A stretch of DNA of 64,000 bases from Octopus vulgaris. Lineage: Eukaryota. How positions within the stretch are numbered: the first letter of the stretch is position 1; every line of letters begins with the position of its first letter. The DNA lies in NCBI GenBank assembly GCA_951406725.2, contig OX597831.1, forward strand, positions 74,896,001-74,960,000, written 5' to 3'. A program made the translations under genes and the position numbers. The notes beneath the pieces are model-generated. The model did no database searches, was not told the DNA's origin, and saw only the letters and a list, made by a program, of their open reading frames with translations. This document shows positions 52,928-64,000 of this stretch, piece by piece.

Positions 52928-53294
52928 ATATATATATATATCATCATCATCATCATCATTTAATATCTGTCTTCCATGTTGGCATGTCGGGTGGTTTGAC
53001 AGGAGCCAGCCAGGTAGAATACCATACCAGGCTACTGTGTCTGTATATATATATATATGATAATCACGCACACACTCACTTATATACAAATATTTATATC
53101 TATCTATCTACGTATATCTATATTTATACATTCGTTTCTTCTCTGTCATTCACTTACTTCAGTCATTGCACTGTATATACAACCTCCTACATTTTGTTTT
53201 GAATTTCCAAGAGAGAAAGAACTGGTTTCTAACCCAGAAATAAATGCTTCTTCATTGGAATCTAGACAACATTAGGCTGGTAGTCAGGCATGTA

Positions 53295-53520
53295 AGCGTG
53301 CTGGCAGAAACGTTAGCACGCCGGGCGAAATGCGTAGCCATATTTCGTCTGCCGTTACATTGTGAGTTCAAATTCCGCCGAGGTCGACTTTGCCTTTCAT
53401 CCTTTCGGGGTCGATAAATAAAGTACCAGTTACACACTGGAGTCGATATAATCGACTTAATCCCTTTGTCTGTCCTTGTTTGTCCCCTCTGTGTTTAGCC
53501 CCTTGTGGGTAGTAAAGAAA
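53295..53520 (+). mobile_element. SINE family B, best-preserved copy
   Basis: gctggcagaaacgttagc head, gagttcaaattcc B box-like, gcctttcatcctttcggggtcgataaataaagtacc core. Confidence 0.85.
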
Positions 53521-53629
53521 TATATATGTATGCATGCATGTATGTATGTATGTATGTATGTATGTATGCATGTATGTATATCTATATATGCATGTATGTG
53601 TGTATGTATGTGTGTGTGTGTATGCATGC

Positions 53630-53664
<35 letters not shown>

Positions 53665-53819
53665 TGTATGTGTGTATGTCATTATTCAGTTTTATTTCAA
53701 GACTTCTTGCCAATAGGGAAAGAACTGGTTTCTAACCGAGATCCAAAGCTCCTTCATTAGAATTTCAAAATCAACAACAGGGTATTTTTGTTTGTATGTT
53801 AGTTAGTTAGTTAGTTAAT

Positions 53820-54275
53820 TTTTTGGCTCAAAAAGCAAAAAGCAAGGCCATGTAGGGGGACATGGAGTTATGTACAGGGTGGTGTTCATGTAAAGAGTTC
53901 AGGCCACTTGTGGTCAAGGGAGACTTTGAACCGAGCGGTCGTCGGCATCTTCACCATCTCGTCCGGCAGCTTATTCCACGGATACGCAACCCAGATGGAG
54001 AAAGCCCCTCTCCTTTGATTGAGATGAAATCATCGCAGATAGAGCTTTTCGGAATGACTCCGCAGCCGACGCTCTTTCGAGAGGTTACACTTCCCGCTTA
54101 TGATGTTGTGAGCAAGAATGAGATCACCACGGCGGCGGCGTTTTTCTAGAGAATAAAGGTCTAGCGTCTTCAGCCTTTCTTCATAAGACAAATTCTTGAG
54201 ACCAAGAACCATGTGGGTAGCCAGCTTCTGGACTCTTTCGAGATGCTGTATGTCTTTGAGGAGATAAGTATGTAT
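53820..54275 (-). mobile_element. CR1-like LINE 3' fragment
   Basis: LERVQKLAT...[23 protein letters not shown]. Confidence 0.88.
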
Positions 54276-54684
54276 GACAGAATACTGCATCTGGTCATGA
54301 GGCTCCTGTTTGGGAGTTTGGAAGTTGTGAGGATCAAGGAGTCACCCTTAACTCACCATTATTCCCAGAGCCATTGTGACTTGGAATTGTAGTACCTGAC
54401 GTGGTGTCATCTTTGGGTCAAATAGATTTCCCAGGTGTAAAAGAAGGTTCTCGTTAGTTTTGACGAAGCTTTTCTTGTTGAAAGATACTCTGACATAAAA
54501 CTTGCCGCCAAAATAATTACCAATCATCTTGTAATGCTTATCACTAGAACTTACCATGGCAACCAAGAGAGTGGCAAACGTGTTGTATAGGCTTCAGTCA
54601 CTTAAATCCAATGATGTATAGGTGTCTCCTTGGAAAATTACTATTTGTAAATCTCACAACGAAAGATATTCAGCAACAGTATTT

Positions 54685-54944
54685 TGGAGTAAAGATTGTT
54701 CACCAACATAACATGGCAGTCCTGGTTTAGGATGAATGTTGCTGTGATTTAGCCCCAGGAGACATCGTCTCCAGCTGGGTATAAGATCATGTCATATACA
54801 GATCATGTTGTATACAGATCATGATCATGGACACAGATCGTATCATATAACCAGCTGGAGACGGTGTCTCCTGGGGCTAAGTTACGGCAACATTTATCCT
54901 AAACCAGGACTGCCATGTTATTTTGGCAAACAATCTTTACTCCA
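54685..54944. mobile_element. Fold-back element related to 31575-32207
   Basis: ~97 bp arms tggagtaaagattgtt...agccccaggagacatcgtctccagctgg and its reverse complement; loop has (acagatcat) repeats. Confidence 0.8.
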
Positions 54945-55015
54945 GGTGTCATCTTATCATTTCATTTCATGGCTGCATGTGAGACAGCTATCATTTGACA
55001 AGATACAACAATCAT

Positions 55016-55052
<37 letters not shown>

Positions 55053-55084
55053 ATGTATGTATGTCAGTGTTCAGTTTTATTTCA

Positions 55085-56415
55085 TAGTGTCTGGCCAGAA
55101 GCACATTGAGCTGGTTGGTGAGACACTGAAAGACTACGAAGCGGTAACAGGAGCAAAAATCAACCAGGAAAAGACAGTGGGCTTGTGGCTCAGCACCTGG
55201 AGAAGCAAGCCCATGCCATCCACCAGCACCTCCGACATGGGATGCTGGACCGATGGTCCAGTTGAGTTGCTTGGGATCTGATTTGGTCCGGTTCTACATA
55301 GACGATGGTGAACAGGTGTGGTCACCAATTGTGTGGTGCACTTTCCTGCAGCTCGTCTCCATGACCGAACTGCAGACGTAGATCAAAAAGAGGCCAAGGA
55401 AGGGCGAATGGCACTGTGAGTGTTGTGTTGCTCTCAAGCTACTACGCCATCCAGGGTTGACCTTGAGCGACTTCAACACAACCACAGCATTCTATAGGGG
55501 ATTAGTGGAGAGGAGGTATGACAACGATCTCGGGGCGAACCTGGGTATCGACGAGGAATACCTGACCCACCTGTTCAAGATGACTTTCAGACCGGGACCT
55601 ATGGACAACTTCCAGAGATTCCTGGCCTGGCAGTGCTACTGAGAAGTGCTACCTATTCAGGATAAGCTCTACAGGCATGGCTCAAGAAACACAGGGCCGA
55701 CCTGCCCGAGATGCGGTCAGAGCGATGAAACCGTTCTGCACGCACTCATACAGTGTCCAACAATTTCCGACTTGTGGGCCTATGTCGAACAACTACTATC
55801 GCATGTGGGATGAGTCGGTTTATCAACTGAGTCTGTCATGAATATTGTTGCATCTCCTTCCTTGAAACGGGAAGGAAGAGCCATTTTCATTTTACTTGTG
55901 GCTATGGCGAAAGAATGTGTATGGTGGACACGCCTGAAAGGATTAGAGACAAAACTTTCCTCTCTGACGAATCTCTCATCAACTTCTTCAAGTATCACTT
56001 GAAGAAGAAAGGTGAGAGTAGAGAGGCAAGTCTTGTCTAGCGAATGTTTAAAAAAAAGATGGGTGAATGTAGCAAGGATGGCACGTATGAATGACGGAGC
56101 CACCTTGAGCATAATCCTATGAACCAAAAAAAGAAAGGAAAAAAGGGAGTCACTTACTGTAATGTGTTTTTTTTGCATGACATTATTGCCCAAAGTTACC
56201 GTGGTCTTTCCCATAGGCTTTTCTTTCCACAGATAAACCTAATCTGTTTTCCCTTTTTACACTATGACATTCCTATGATACACGATCCCTATTGATCTGT
56301 TTTATTTTTTTCACGATCCCTTTTGATCGAAATTCAGCCCATTTTTTTCCTCTTCTTCTTTCCAAAAGGAAAGCTCTACTTTGTATTTTGTCCCGTCTGT
56401 GTTCAGCCAATAAAG
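55085..56415 (+). mobile_element. L1/Tx1-clade LINE 3' fragment, decayed
   Basis: YEAVTGAKINQEKT...LLGI, CCHC motif CPRCGQSDETVLHALIQCP (55703-55759), AATAAA at the 3' end. Confidence 0.8.
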
Positions 56416-56422
56416 AAACATA

Positions 56423-56459
<37 letters not shown>

Positions 56460-57079
56460 TTATACACATATCTATATGCTTATTGAATTTAACGTTTTGA
56501 AAATATGGTTTCTTGCATATTCGGAATCTCTTTCATTGAAAACATAGAAACCCACTGAAAAAAAAATTGGAAATGTCTGTTTTTGTGGTGGTGCTGGTGG
56601 TGGTGGGGGGGGAGACTGTGCATGAGGTCTGCTGGAGAAGCAGAGTGAAATTTAGAAAATTTAAAATTTGGGAGAAGGGGAGGTTGAGGTGGGCATTTTG
56701 AATTTGGAAAAGGTGGTTTTAAAAAAAAATTTCGGAAATAGTTCAAGATTTTATATTGTGGGTGGGGAATAGGGTGAGTGAAATTTTTAAAAAAAAAATT
56801 TTTTTTTTGCATATTTGTAATCTCTGACATCAAAAATGTAGGAATCTAAAAAAATATTTTTAAAAAAACGCATTTTTCAAGGAGGGGTGCGAAACTGCAT
56901 TAGCCCCGGAATATTTATTCTGACCAAATTCCACTTGTGTATTCTTTGAAGATGGCAAATACAGTTCAAGGTCTCTCTTCATACTATTCCTGTCTTTGGT
57001 ATATCTATGCTTGTTTACATGAATGTGTATGTTTGTGTGTATATGTATCATCTATGTAAGTGTGTATATTTATGTGTGT

Positions 57080-57114
<35 letters not shown>

Positions 57115-57137
57115 GAACACCATGCATCCTTTTCCAA

Positions 57138-57177
<40 letters not shown>

Positions 57178-57277
57178 ATATACAATTTTTTTTTATCTGT
57201 GTGTGTGTGTATGTATGTTTGTGTGTATATGTCTCATCTATGTATGTGTGTATATGTTTGTACGTGTGTGTGTGTGC

Positions 57278-57310
<33 letters not shown>

Positions 57311-57367
57311 CAAAAAAATACAAAATTTGTTTATGCATGTAACTTTTCAAGTGTGTAATATGTAGTA

Positions 57368-57406
<39 letters not shown>

Positions 57407-57465
57407 ACTTACATATATATATAAATATATATATATCTATGTATACATTTATATATACATATATA

Positions 57466-57500
<35 letters not shown>

Positions 57501-57904
57501 CACACACACATACGTATACACACACACACATACATACATATATTTTGTGAGCATGTACATATATTTTTATATATTCCGATTCCATAACAAATGTGTCATT
57601 TCCTCAATGTTTTTACATAGCTTGTTTGTTGATTATAAATAATTTAATGACATTTGTAAATAAGTTAAAAACAGTACGAGAAGTCCTAAATACCCTGTAA
57701 TATAAATATATAGACTACTACCCTTGTAATAGTGTTGGTGTTGTTGATAGTGGTGGCCATGCTGGAGAGGAAGAATTTCTGTTAATTGTGTGATGTTTTG
57801 GTTTCTGGCAACTGGCTGACTGACCTTGAGAATGGCATAAATGTCACACAATCACATTTTTGTTCTAAATTTGTTGTATTCTATCACGTGAGAGTGAGAG
57901 AGAG

Positions 57905-57949
<45 letters not shown>

Positions 57950-58723
57950 CAGAGGACAAGGAATGCATAGAGTGGTGTGTTGTCTGTATATATAATTATA
58001 TATATATACGAAAATCGAAATCGAAATCTTTCAGCATCAATGGAAATTGTAGCTGAGATACCAGTGCCGGTGGCACGTAAGAGAACCATCCGAACGTGGC
58101 CGTTGCCAGTGCCGCCCCGACTGGCCTCTGTGCCGGTGGCACGTAAAAAGCACCATCCGATCATGGCCGTTTGCCAGTCTCGTCTGGCACCTGTGCAGGT
58201 GGCACATAAAAAGCACCCACTACACTCTCGGAGTGGTTGGCGTTAGGAAGGGCATCCAGCTGTAGAAACACTGCCAGATCAGACTGGGCCTGGCGCAGCC
58301 TTCTGGCTTCCTAGACCCCAGTTGAACCATCCAACCCATGCTAGCATGTTAAACGATGATGATGATGATGATGATATATGTATATTGTGTGTAGTTGTGA
58401 GGCGTGGATGTGTGTGTGTTTGTATATATGAATATATATGTGTGGATCTGCATGTGTGTATGTATCATCAACATCATCACCATCATTATCGTTTTAATGT
58501 CCACTTTTCCATGCTTGCATGGGTCAGACAGAGTTTATTAAGGCAGATTTTCTATGACCAGATGCCTTTCCTATCACCAACCCTCATTCGTTCTCAAGCA
58601 AGATAATATTTCCTCATGGACAGAAAAGAGTCTTGCAGAATACTGGAAATGAATGACGCTATTTCTATGACTGTCACATGATGTCAAATCAAGAAGATAC
58701 AAACACACACACACACACACATG

Positions 58724-58768
<45 letters not shown>

Positions 58769-58773
58769 GTATA

Positions 58774-58817
<44 letters not shown>

Positions 58818-59030
58818 TGGCACGTAAAAAGCACCCACTACACTCACGGAGTGGTTGGCGTTAGGAAGGGCATCCAGCTGTAGAAACATTGCCAAATTTA
58901 GACTGGAGCCTGGTGCAGCCTTCTGGCTTCCCAGAACCCCGGTCGAACCGTCCAACCCATGCTAGCATGGAGAACGGACGTTAAACGACGATGATGATGA
59001 TGATGATATATATATATATATATATATACA

Positions 59031-59435
59031 GGCGCAGGTGTGGCTGTGTGGTAAGTAGCTTTCTAACCAACCACATGGTTCCGGGTTCAGTCCCACTGCG
59101 TGGCATCTTGGGCAAGTGTCTTCTGCTATAGCCCCGGGCCAACCAATGCCTTGTGAGTGGATTTGGTAGACGGAAACTGAAAGAAGCCTGTCGTATATAT
59201 GTATATATATATATATATGTGTGTGTTTGTGTGTCTGTGTTTGTCCCCCTAGCATCGCTTGACAACCGATGCTGGTGTGTTTACGTCCCCGTCACTTAGC
59301 GGTTCGGCAAAAAAGAGACCGATAGAATAAGTACTGGGCTTACAAAGAATAAGTCCCAGGGTCGAGTTGCTCGATTAAAGGCGGTGCTCCAGCATGGCCG
59401 CAGTCAAATGACTGAAACGAGTAAAAAGAGAAAAA
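59031..59435 (+). mobile_element. SINE family A
   Basis: Full-length match. Confidence 0.9.
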
Positions 59436-59480
59436 GAGAAAGAGATATATACATATATATATATACATATATATATATAC

Positions 59481-59560
<80 letters not shown>

Positions 59561-60019
59561 CCCCCTTCGGTCATGAGTGACCATGGGTTTGCACCTAGAG
59601 AGTTACCCTCTGAGGCACAAGTCTGGGCAAGGTTGTTTTATGGAAGACCAGTAGTCGCCCATGCATACCGGCCTCCTCTCTCCACGCCACCAGTGTTATC
59701 CAAGGGAAAGACAAAGGTCGATACAGCTTGGCACCTGTGACGTCGCAACTCATTTCTACAGCTGAGTGAACTGGAGCAACGTGAAATAAAGTGTCTTGCT
59801 CAAGAACACAGCACGCAGCCCGGTCCGGGATTCGAGCTCACAACCTCACGATCGTAAGCTCGACGCTCTAACCACTGAGCCATATATATATATATACATA
59901 TATATAGTATATAGTAAATCTAAAAAAAGAACAAACACAAAAAGAACAACATGAGGACGTGGTACATGTAATGTTTTAGCAGACCCTCAAGGAAGGAAAG
60001 AAAGATGATAGTTGTAAAA

Positions 60020-60126
60020 CAACTGACAGAAACAGGTGTATGAACAACAAGCAAGTGTAATAGTTTGATGCTTAGGAAAAATGAAAAAGTCTTTCACGTT
60101 TCGATCCTATGCTCTTCAACAGAAAG
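60020..60126 (-). mobile_element. Penelope pLTR fragment with decayed hammerhead motif (60091-60126)
   Basis: Minus strand CTTT-CTGTTGA-AGAGCATAGGATC-GAAA-CG-TG-AAAG, homologous to 38923-38958. Confidence 0.65.
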
Positions 60127-60389
60127 CAATAAAATGCTATAAATGGCTTCTAAGAAGTTTTCCACCAACAGAATGTCATTCATAAGACTTTAGTTGATCT
60201 GATTTTCTGGTAATGGGACATTTGCACAAGACCCATACCTGGAGGCCTTTTTGTTGAGAAGTGAACTTCTTCCCCTCTGGTTCATATCTGGCATATTTCC
60301 ATCCCTCTATCCATTTCTCCCTCCCTCCTTCCATCTATCCATCCATCTCTCTCTCTCTCTCTCTCACTATATGTATATAAAGAGATTGA

Positions 60390-61845
60390 AAGAAAGGGTG
60401 ATTATAATAAAAAGAGAGGTTGAATGGGAGGGAGATAATAAAGTGCTAGTGATCCCAAGCATTTGGTGCTAGCATGTGTGGAGTGGTGTGGGGATGATGT
60501 CAAATGAAGAGAGGATGTGAGGTTGGTGGCAGATGAAGAGAGGAGGTGAGCTAAGCCCATATGGTGCAAAGGAATGGAGAGAGAAGATTAATTCTTGTTC
60601 ATGGTGAAGGCAGGAGTCTGGGTGGCCCCTGTGCAAAGATAATCCAAACATAGACAGATGTTGTAGCAAATGACCAGTAGAGTAGAAATGGTGTGAGGCC
60701 AGGGTGTCATTGTCAAGTCTGATGTCTCAAAGATGCTCCATGAACCGGTGAGCCAAGCAGCATCCCATTTGACCAATGTACGGGAAAGGACAGAGAGAGT
60801 AGAAGATGCAGTATATGACATTACTAGAAATGCAGGTAAAGGAGTCAGTGATATGATAAGAATGATGATGGGTGCCTGAGAGGATGGTGGTGTTGGAGAG
60901 GTAGGGGCAGGTGTGACAGTGTGGATGGGAGCAGGGGAACGAGCCAGGCAGGGAAGTGGGGTTAGGGAAGATATTGTGGACCAGGAAGTCATGCAGGTTA
61001 TGGGCTCATTTGAAGGAGGGAAGGGGTAGGTTGAAGAAGATGTACAAGACGGAGGGGTCTGACTGAAGTTACTGGAAGGCTTGGAGAATAGTACGTTGGA
61101 GGGGCAGGGTGGCGGGGGTGATAGGTGAAGGGAAACAGGAGACAAGCAGGGGTGGGTGCAAGGAGAAAGAGCAGAGGCACAGTCCACAGATCGTGTCCTG
61201 GCAAGGGCAGTGTGGATAGTGGTGAGGAGATATCCACGTAGGACGAAGTGGTAAGCCATGAATTGAGATTGAGCCTCAAAATCATGGTTGTTACTGCAGG
61301 GCCTGCGCAGATGGAGGAATTAGGAATAGGAGATGGAGAGCTTTGTATGGGTAGAGTGGGAGGAGGAGACGTTAAGGTAGGAGTGTGAGTCAGTATGTTT
61401 GTAGATGATGGAGGTAGTGAGAGTGGAGCGGTGTATGCTGACAGAAATTCGACAGAAGAGTTAGAGATGGTGCAGGGGGAAATCGAGGGCAGGATGGAAG
61501 GATTGAACAAAAGAGAGGAAGGAGTCTAGTTGCTCGCAGGAGAGTGAAGACGCACTGATACAGTCATCAATATAATGACCGTATAGTTTGGGAGTGGAAC
61601 CAGTGAATCTTGAGAATATTTGAGCACCAGCATAGCCAACGAACAGGTTCGCATAGTTGGAGCCCATTCTTGTTCCCGCGGGCCACTCCCAAGACCTGTT
61701 GGTAAAAATCCCCCGTGAACGAGAAGCAGGGAGAGAACAAGTTTGACCAGACTAAGAAGTGTGGAAGCGTCAGATTGAGGGTTAGGTCGAGGGTCTGGAA
61801 AGTGTTTGAGCACAAGAAGCCCTTCGTTGTATGGGATTAACATAT
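60390..61845 (-). mobile_element. Penelope-like element remnant (RT plus GIY-YIG endonuclease), frameshifted
   Basis: FYQQVLGVA / MGSNYANLFVG...YIDD (PLE-type RT); downstream minus strand encodes NVIYCI...YIGQ. Confidence 0.88.
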
Positions 61846-61853
61846 ATAAATAA

Positions 61854-62353
61854 CTAGCAGTATCGCCCGGCGTTGCTCGGGTTTGTAAGGGAAATAACTA
61901 TATAAGCATTTTTAGAGAGTTACTTCCCTTGTAGATGTCAATTCGGGCTTTCTTAGCCATTTCTGTTTTGGTGTCTTCAAGCCATGAAGTCGTTGTTCTA
62001 AAAGAACACTGGTCTCCTTGACAACGCATTACGACATTGATTTCCTTAAACTCCCTTCCCCACAGCTTCACGAGGGAGGGAAGAAGGGGGAGAAGCAAAC
62101 ACAGGTGCAGGTGTTTGAGCATGGGCGCCAACTCCGCCGCCATCGACACACGAAAAATTATGCATTAAAATGGAATAAAAAATGATGTTAAATTATTTTT
62201 AAAATCGTAGACTCATCGTAGACGCGCGCTAATAGCCAGACGGGCTCGATATGAATCACGACTATAAGATACCCGAATTTGGTTAAACTGCACCGCAAAA
62301 TGTGGAGGAGTTAGGAATCTAAATCGTAGGAGACAGACACTCACACAACTACA

Positions 62354-62399
<46 letters not shown>
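61854..62399 (-). mobile_element. Non-autonomous Helitron-like element
   Basis: Minus-strand 3' end: hairpin CCCGAGCAACGCCGGG about 9 nt before CTAG-T; 5' end merges into TC(TA)n. Confidence 0.7.
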
Positions 62400-62432
<33 letters not shown>

Positions 62433-62501
62433 AAGAAAGAAAGATATTGATATGGATGGATGGATGGATGGATGGATAGAGGGATGAAAATACACCAAAT
62501 A

Positions 62502-63783
62502 TTAGGTTGGCAACTAAGTTCCCGCCGTTTTTTTTTAATTAAAATTTTTTAAAAGGTTTAATAAAAAAGTAACAACTAATTAATCAATAATGTATTCACT
62601 TCTAGAAGTTGTTAACAACTTCTTCCCAACATTCAACAGGATTTTCAATACCTCGTTGGTAAAAACCACCCGATTTCGACTCGAAAATTTGATCCAACCA
62701 AGCTCTCAATTCTGCATCAGTATTGAATGAAACTCTGCGCATAGCATTTGAAAGAGATCGAAAGAGGTGGAAATCCGTTGGTGCTAAATCAGGAGAGTAC
62801 GGCAGGTGTGGCAGCACTTCCCAGCCATGTGTTTAAATGGCTTCCTTGGTCATATTGGCGATATGAGGGCAAGAGTTGTCGCGCAGCAGAAGAACTCCAT
62901 GCTGTCGATTAGGTCTTTTCTCTTGAATAGCCGTGTTGAGCCATCCCATCTGTAGAACATAGAATTCCGTGTTGACCGTTTGGTTCCGTTCAAGCAATTC
63001 GTAATGGATAATCCCTTCCCAGTCCCACCATACACACAACATCGTTTTAAGATCTTGTTTCACGCACGTTGTCGCTTGTTTACCAAGGCTAAGCCATTCC
63101 TTACGCTGCTTCATATTGATGTACAGGCACCATTCATCGTCGCCAGTAATGATTCGGTAAAGAAATCGTTGCTTGTGTCCATGAGTTGAGCGGTGACAAG
63201 CAAGCAAACCAGCAGAGATTGTGGCTCATATATTTTTGTTGTTGTCACTTAAAGCATGCGGAACCCATGCTCCATACTTCTGAACCTTTCCCATCGAGTG
63301 AAGATGCTTCTCTATAGCAGAGTGGGAGCATTCCATTTTCTCTGCCAGTTCCCTTGTCGTTTGACGAGAATTTTCATGCAAAAGTCGGTTTAATTGCTCT
63401 TCATCGAACTCAACTGGACAGCCAGAACGAGGTGCGTCGTTGAGGTCAAAATTTCCATTTTTGAACTTGGCATACCAATCACGGGTGGTTCTATCAGCTA
63501 TGGCACCCTCTCCATACGCAGCACAAATGTCGCAAGCAGCTTTTCCGGCCTTAGAACCTTGATTAAAAGCAAAAAGAAGGAGGTGTCGAAAATGCTCGTT
63601 TTTTTCTTGACATTCCATTTTAATGACCTGAAAATGAACAAAAATTAACTAAAATTAACTAGAAAAAAATAGATTCCAAAATGATTCAAAAATAGAATTC
63701 TCAAAAAAAGTAGATTACAAAATTTAAGAACCCAATAAATTCCAAATTTAAAAAAAACGGTGGGAACTTAGTTGCTAACCCAA
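62502..63783 (-). mobile_element. Full-length mariner (DD34D) transposon, transposase pseudogene
   Basis: TIRs TTAGGTTGGCAACTAAGTTCCC / GGGAACTTAGTTGCTAACCCAA with TA TSD; WVPHAL, ITGDDEW, RDN, YSPDLAPTDF split over 63226-63618, 62833-63207 and 62602-62817. Confidence 0.96.
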
Positions 63784-64000
63784 TATGAACCAGAGGGGAA
63801 GAAGTTCACTTCTCAACAAAAAGGCCTCCAGGTATGGATCTTGTGCAAGTATCCCATTACCAGAAAATCAGATGAACTAAAGTCTTATGAATGACATTCT
63901 GTTGATGGAAAACTTCTTGGAAGTCGTTTATAACAAAGAATGATTTTGTCGGAGGAAAAAATTTTTTCTTCCCAAATTTTATGAAAAAACTTCCTCATGC

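Noticed and set aside
54348-54566. 72 aa minus-strand ORF
   Set aside because: No recognisable motif and it lies between TE fragments.

Overview
AT-rich eukaryotic DNA saturated with microsatellites and transposon relics. The repeat repertoire (tRNA-headed SINEs, RTE, CR1-like, R4/Dong-like and Tx1-like LINEs, Penelope-like elements, mariner, maT, hAT and piggyBac-type MITEs, a Helitron) looks like a coleoid cephalopod such as Octopus, which is an inference. I found no supportable host protein-coding gene; almost all long ORFs are microsatellite artefacts or TE remnants. The most striking signal is a dense set of about 10 minimal type-I hammerhead ribozyme motifs from at least 7 unrelated sequence families. 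Nearly all have a palindromic stem III, and most sit in short ORF-less fold-back elements embedded in microsatellites. One family is physically linked to Penelope-like RT/GIY-YIG remnants. Other items are a 3.6 kb tandem duplication carrying a two-finger C2H2 ORF, an inverted duplication that preserves the empty site of a full-length mariner, a templated insertion that builds a near-perfect palindrome, and a SINE/LINE pair sharing a 3' tail. Element boundaries were read by eye and are approximate unless TIRs or TSDs are quoted.
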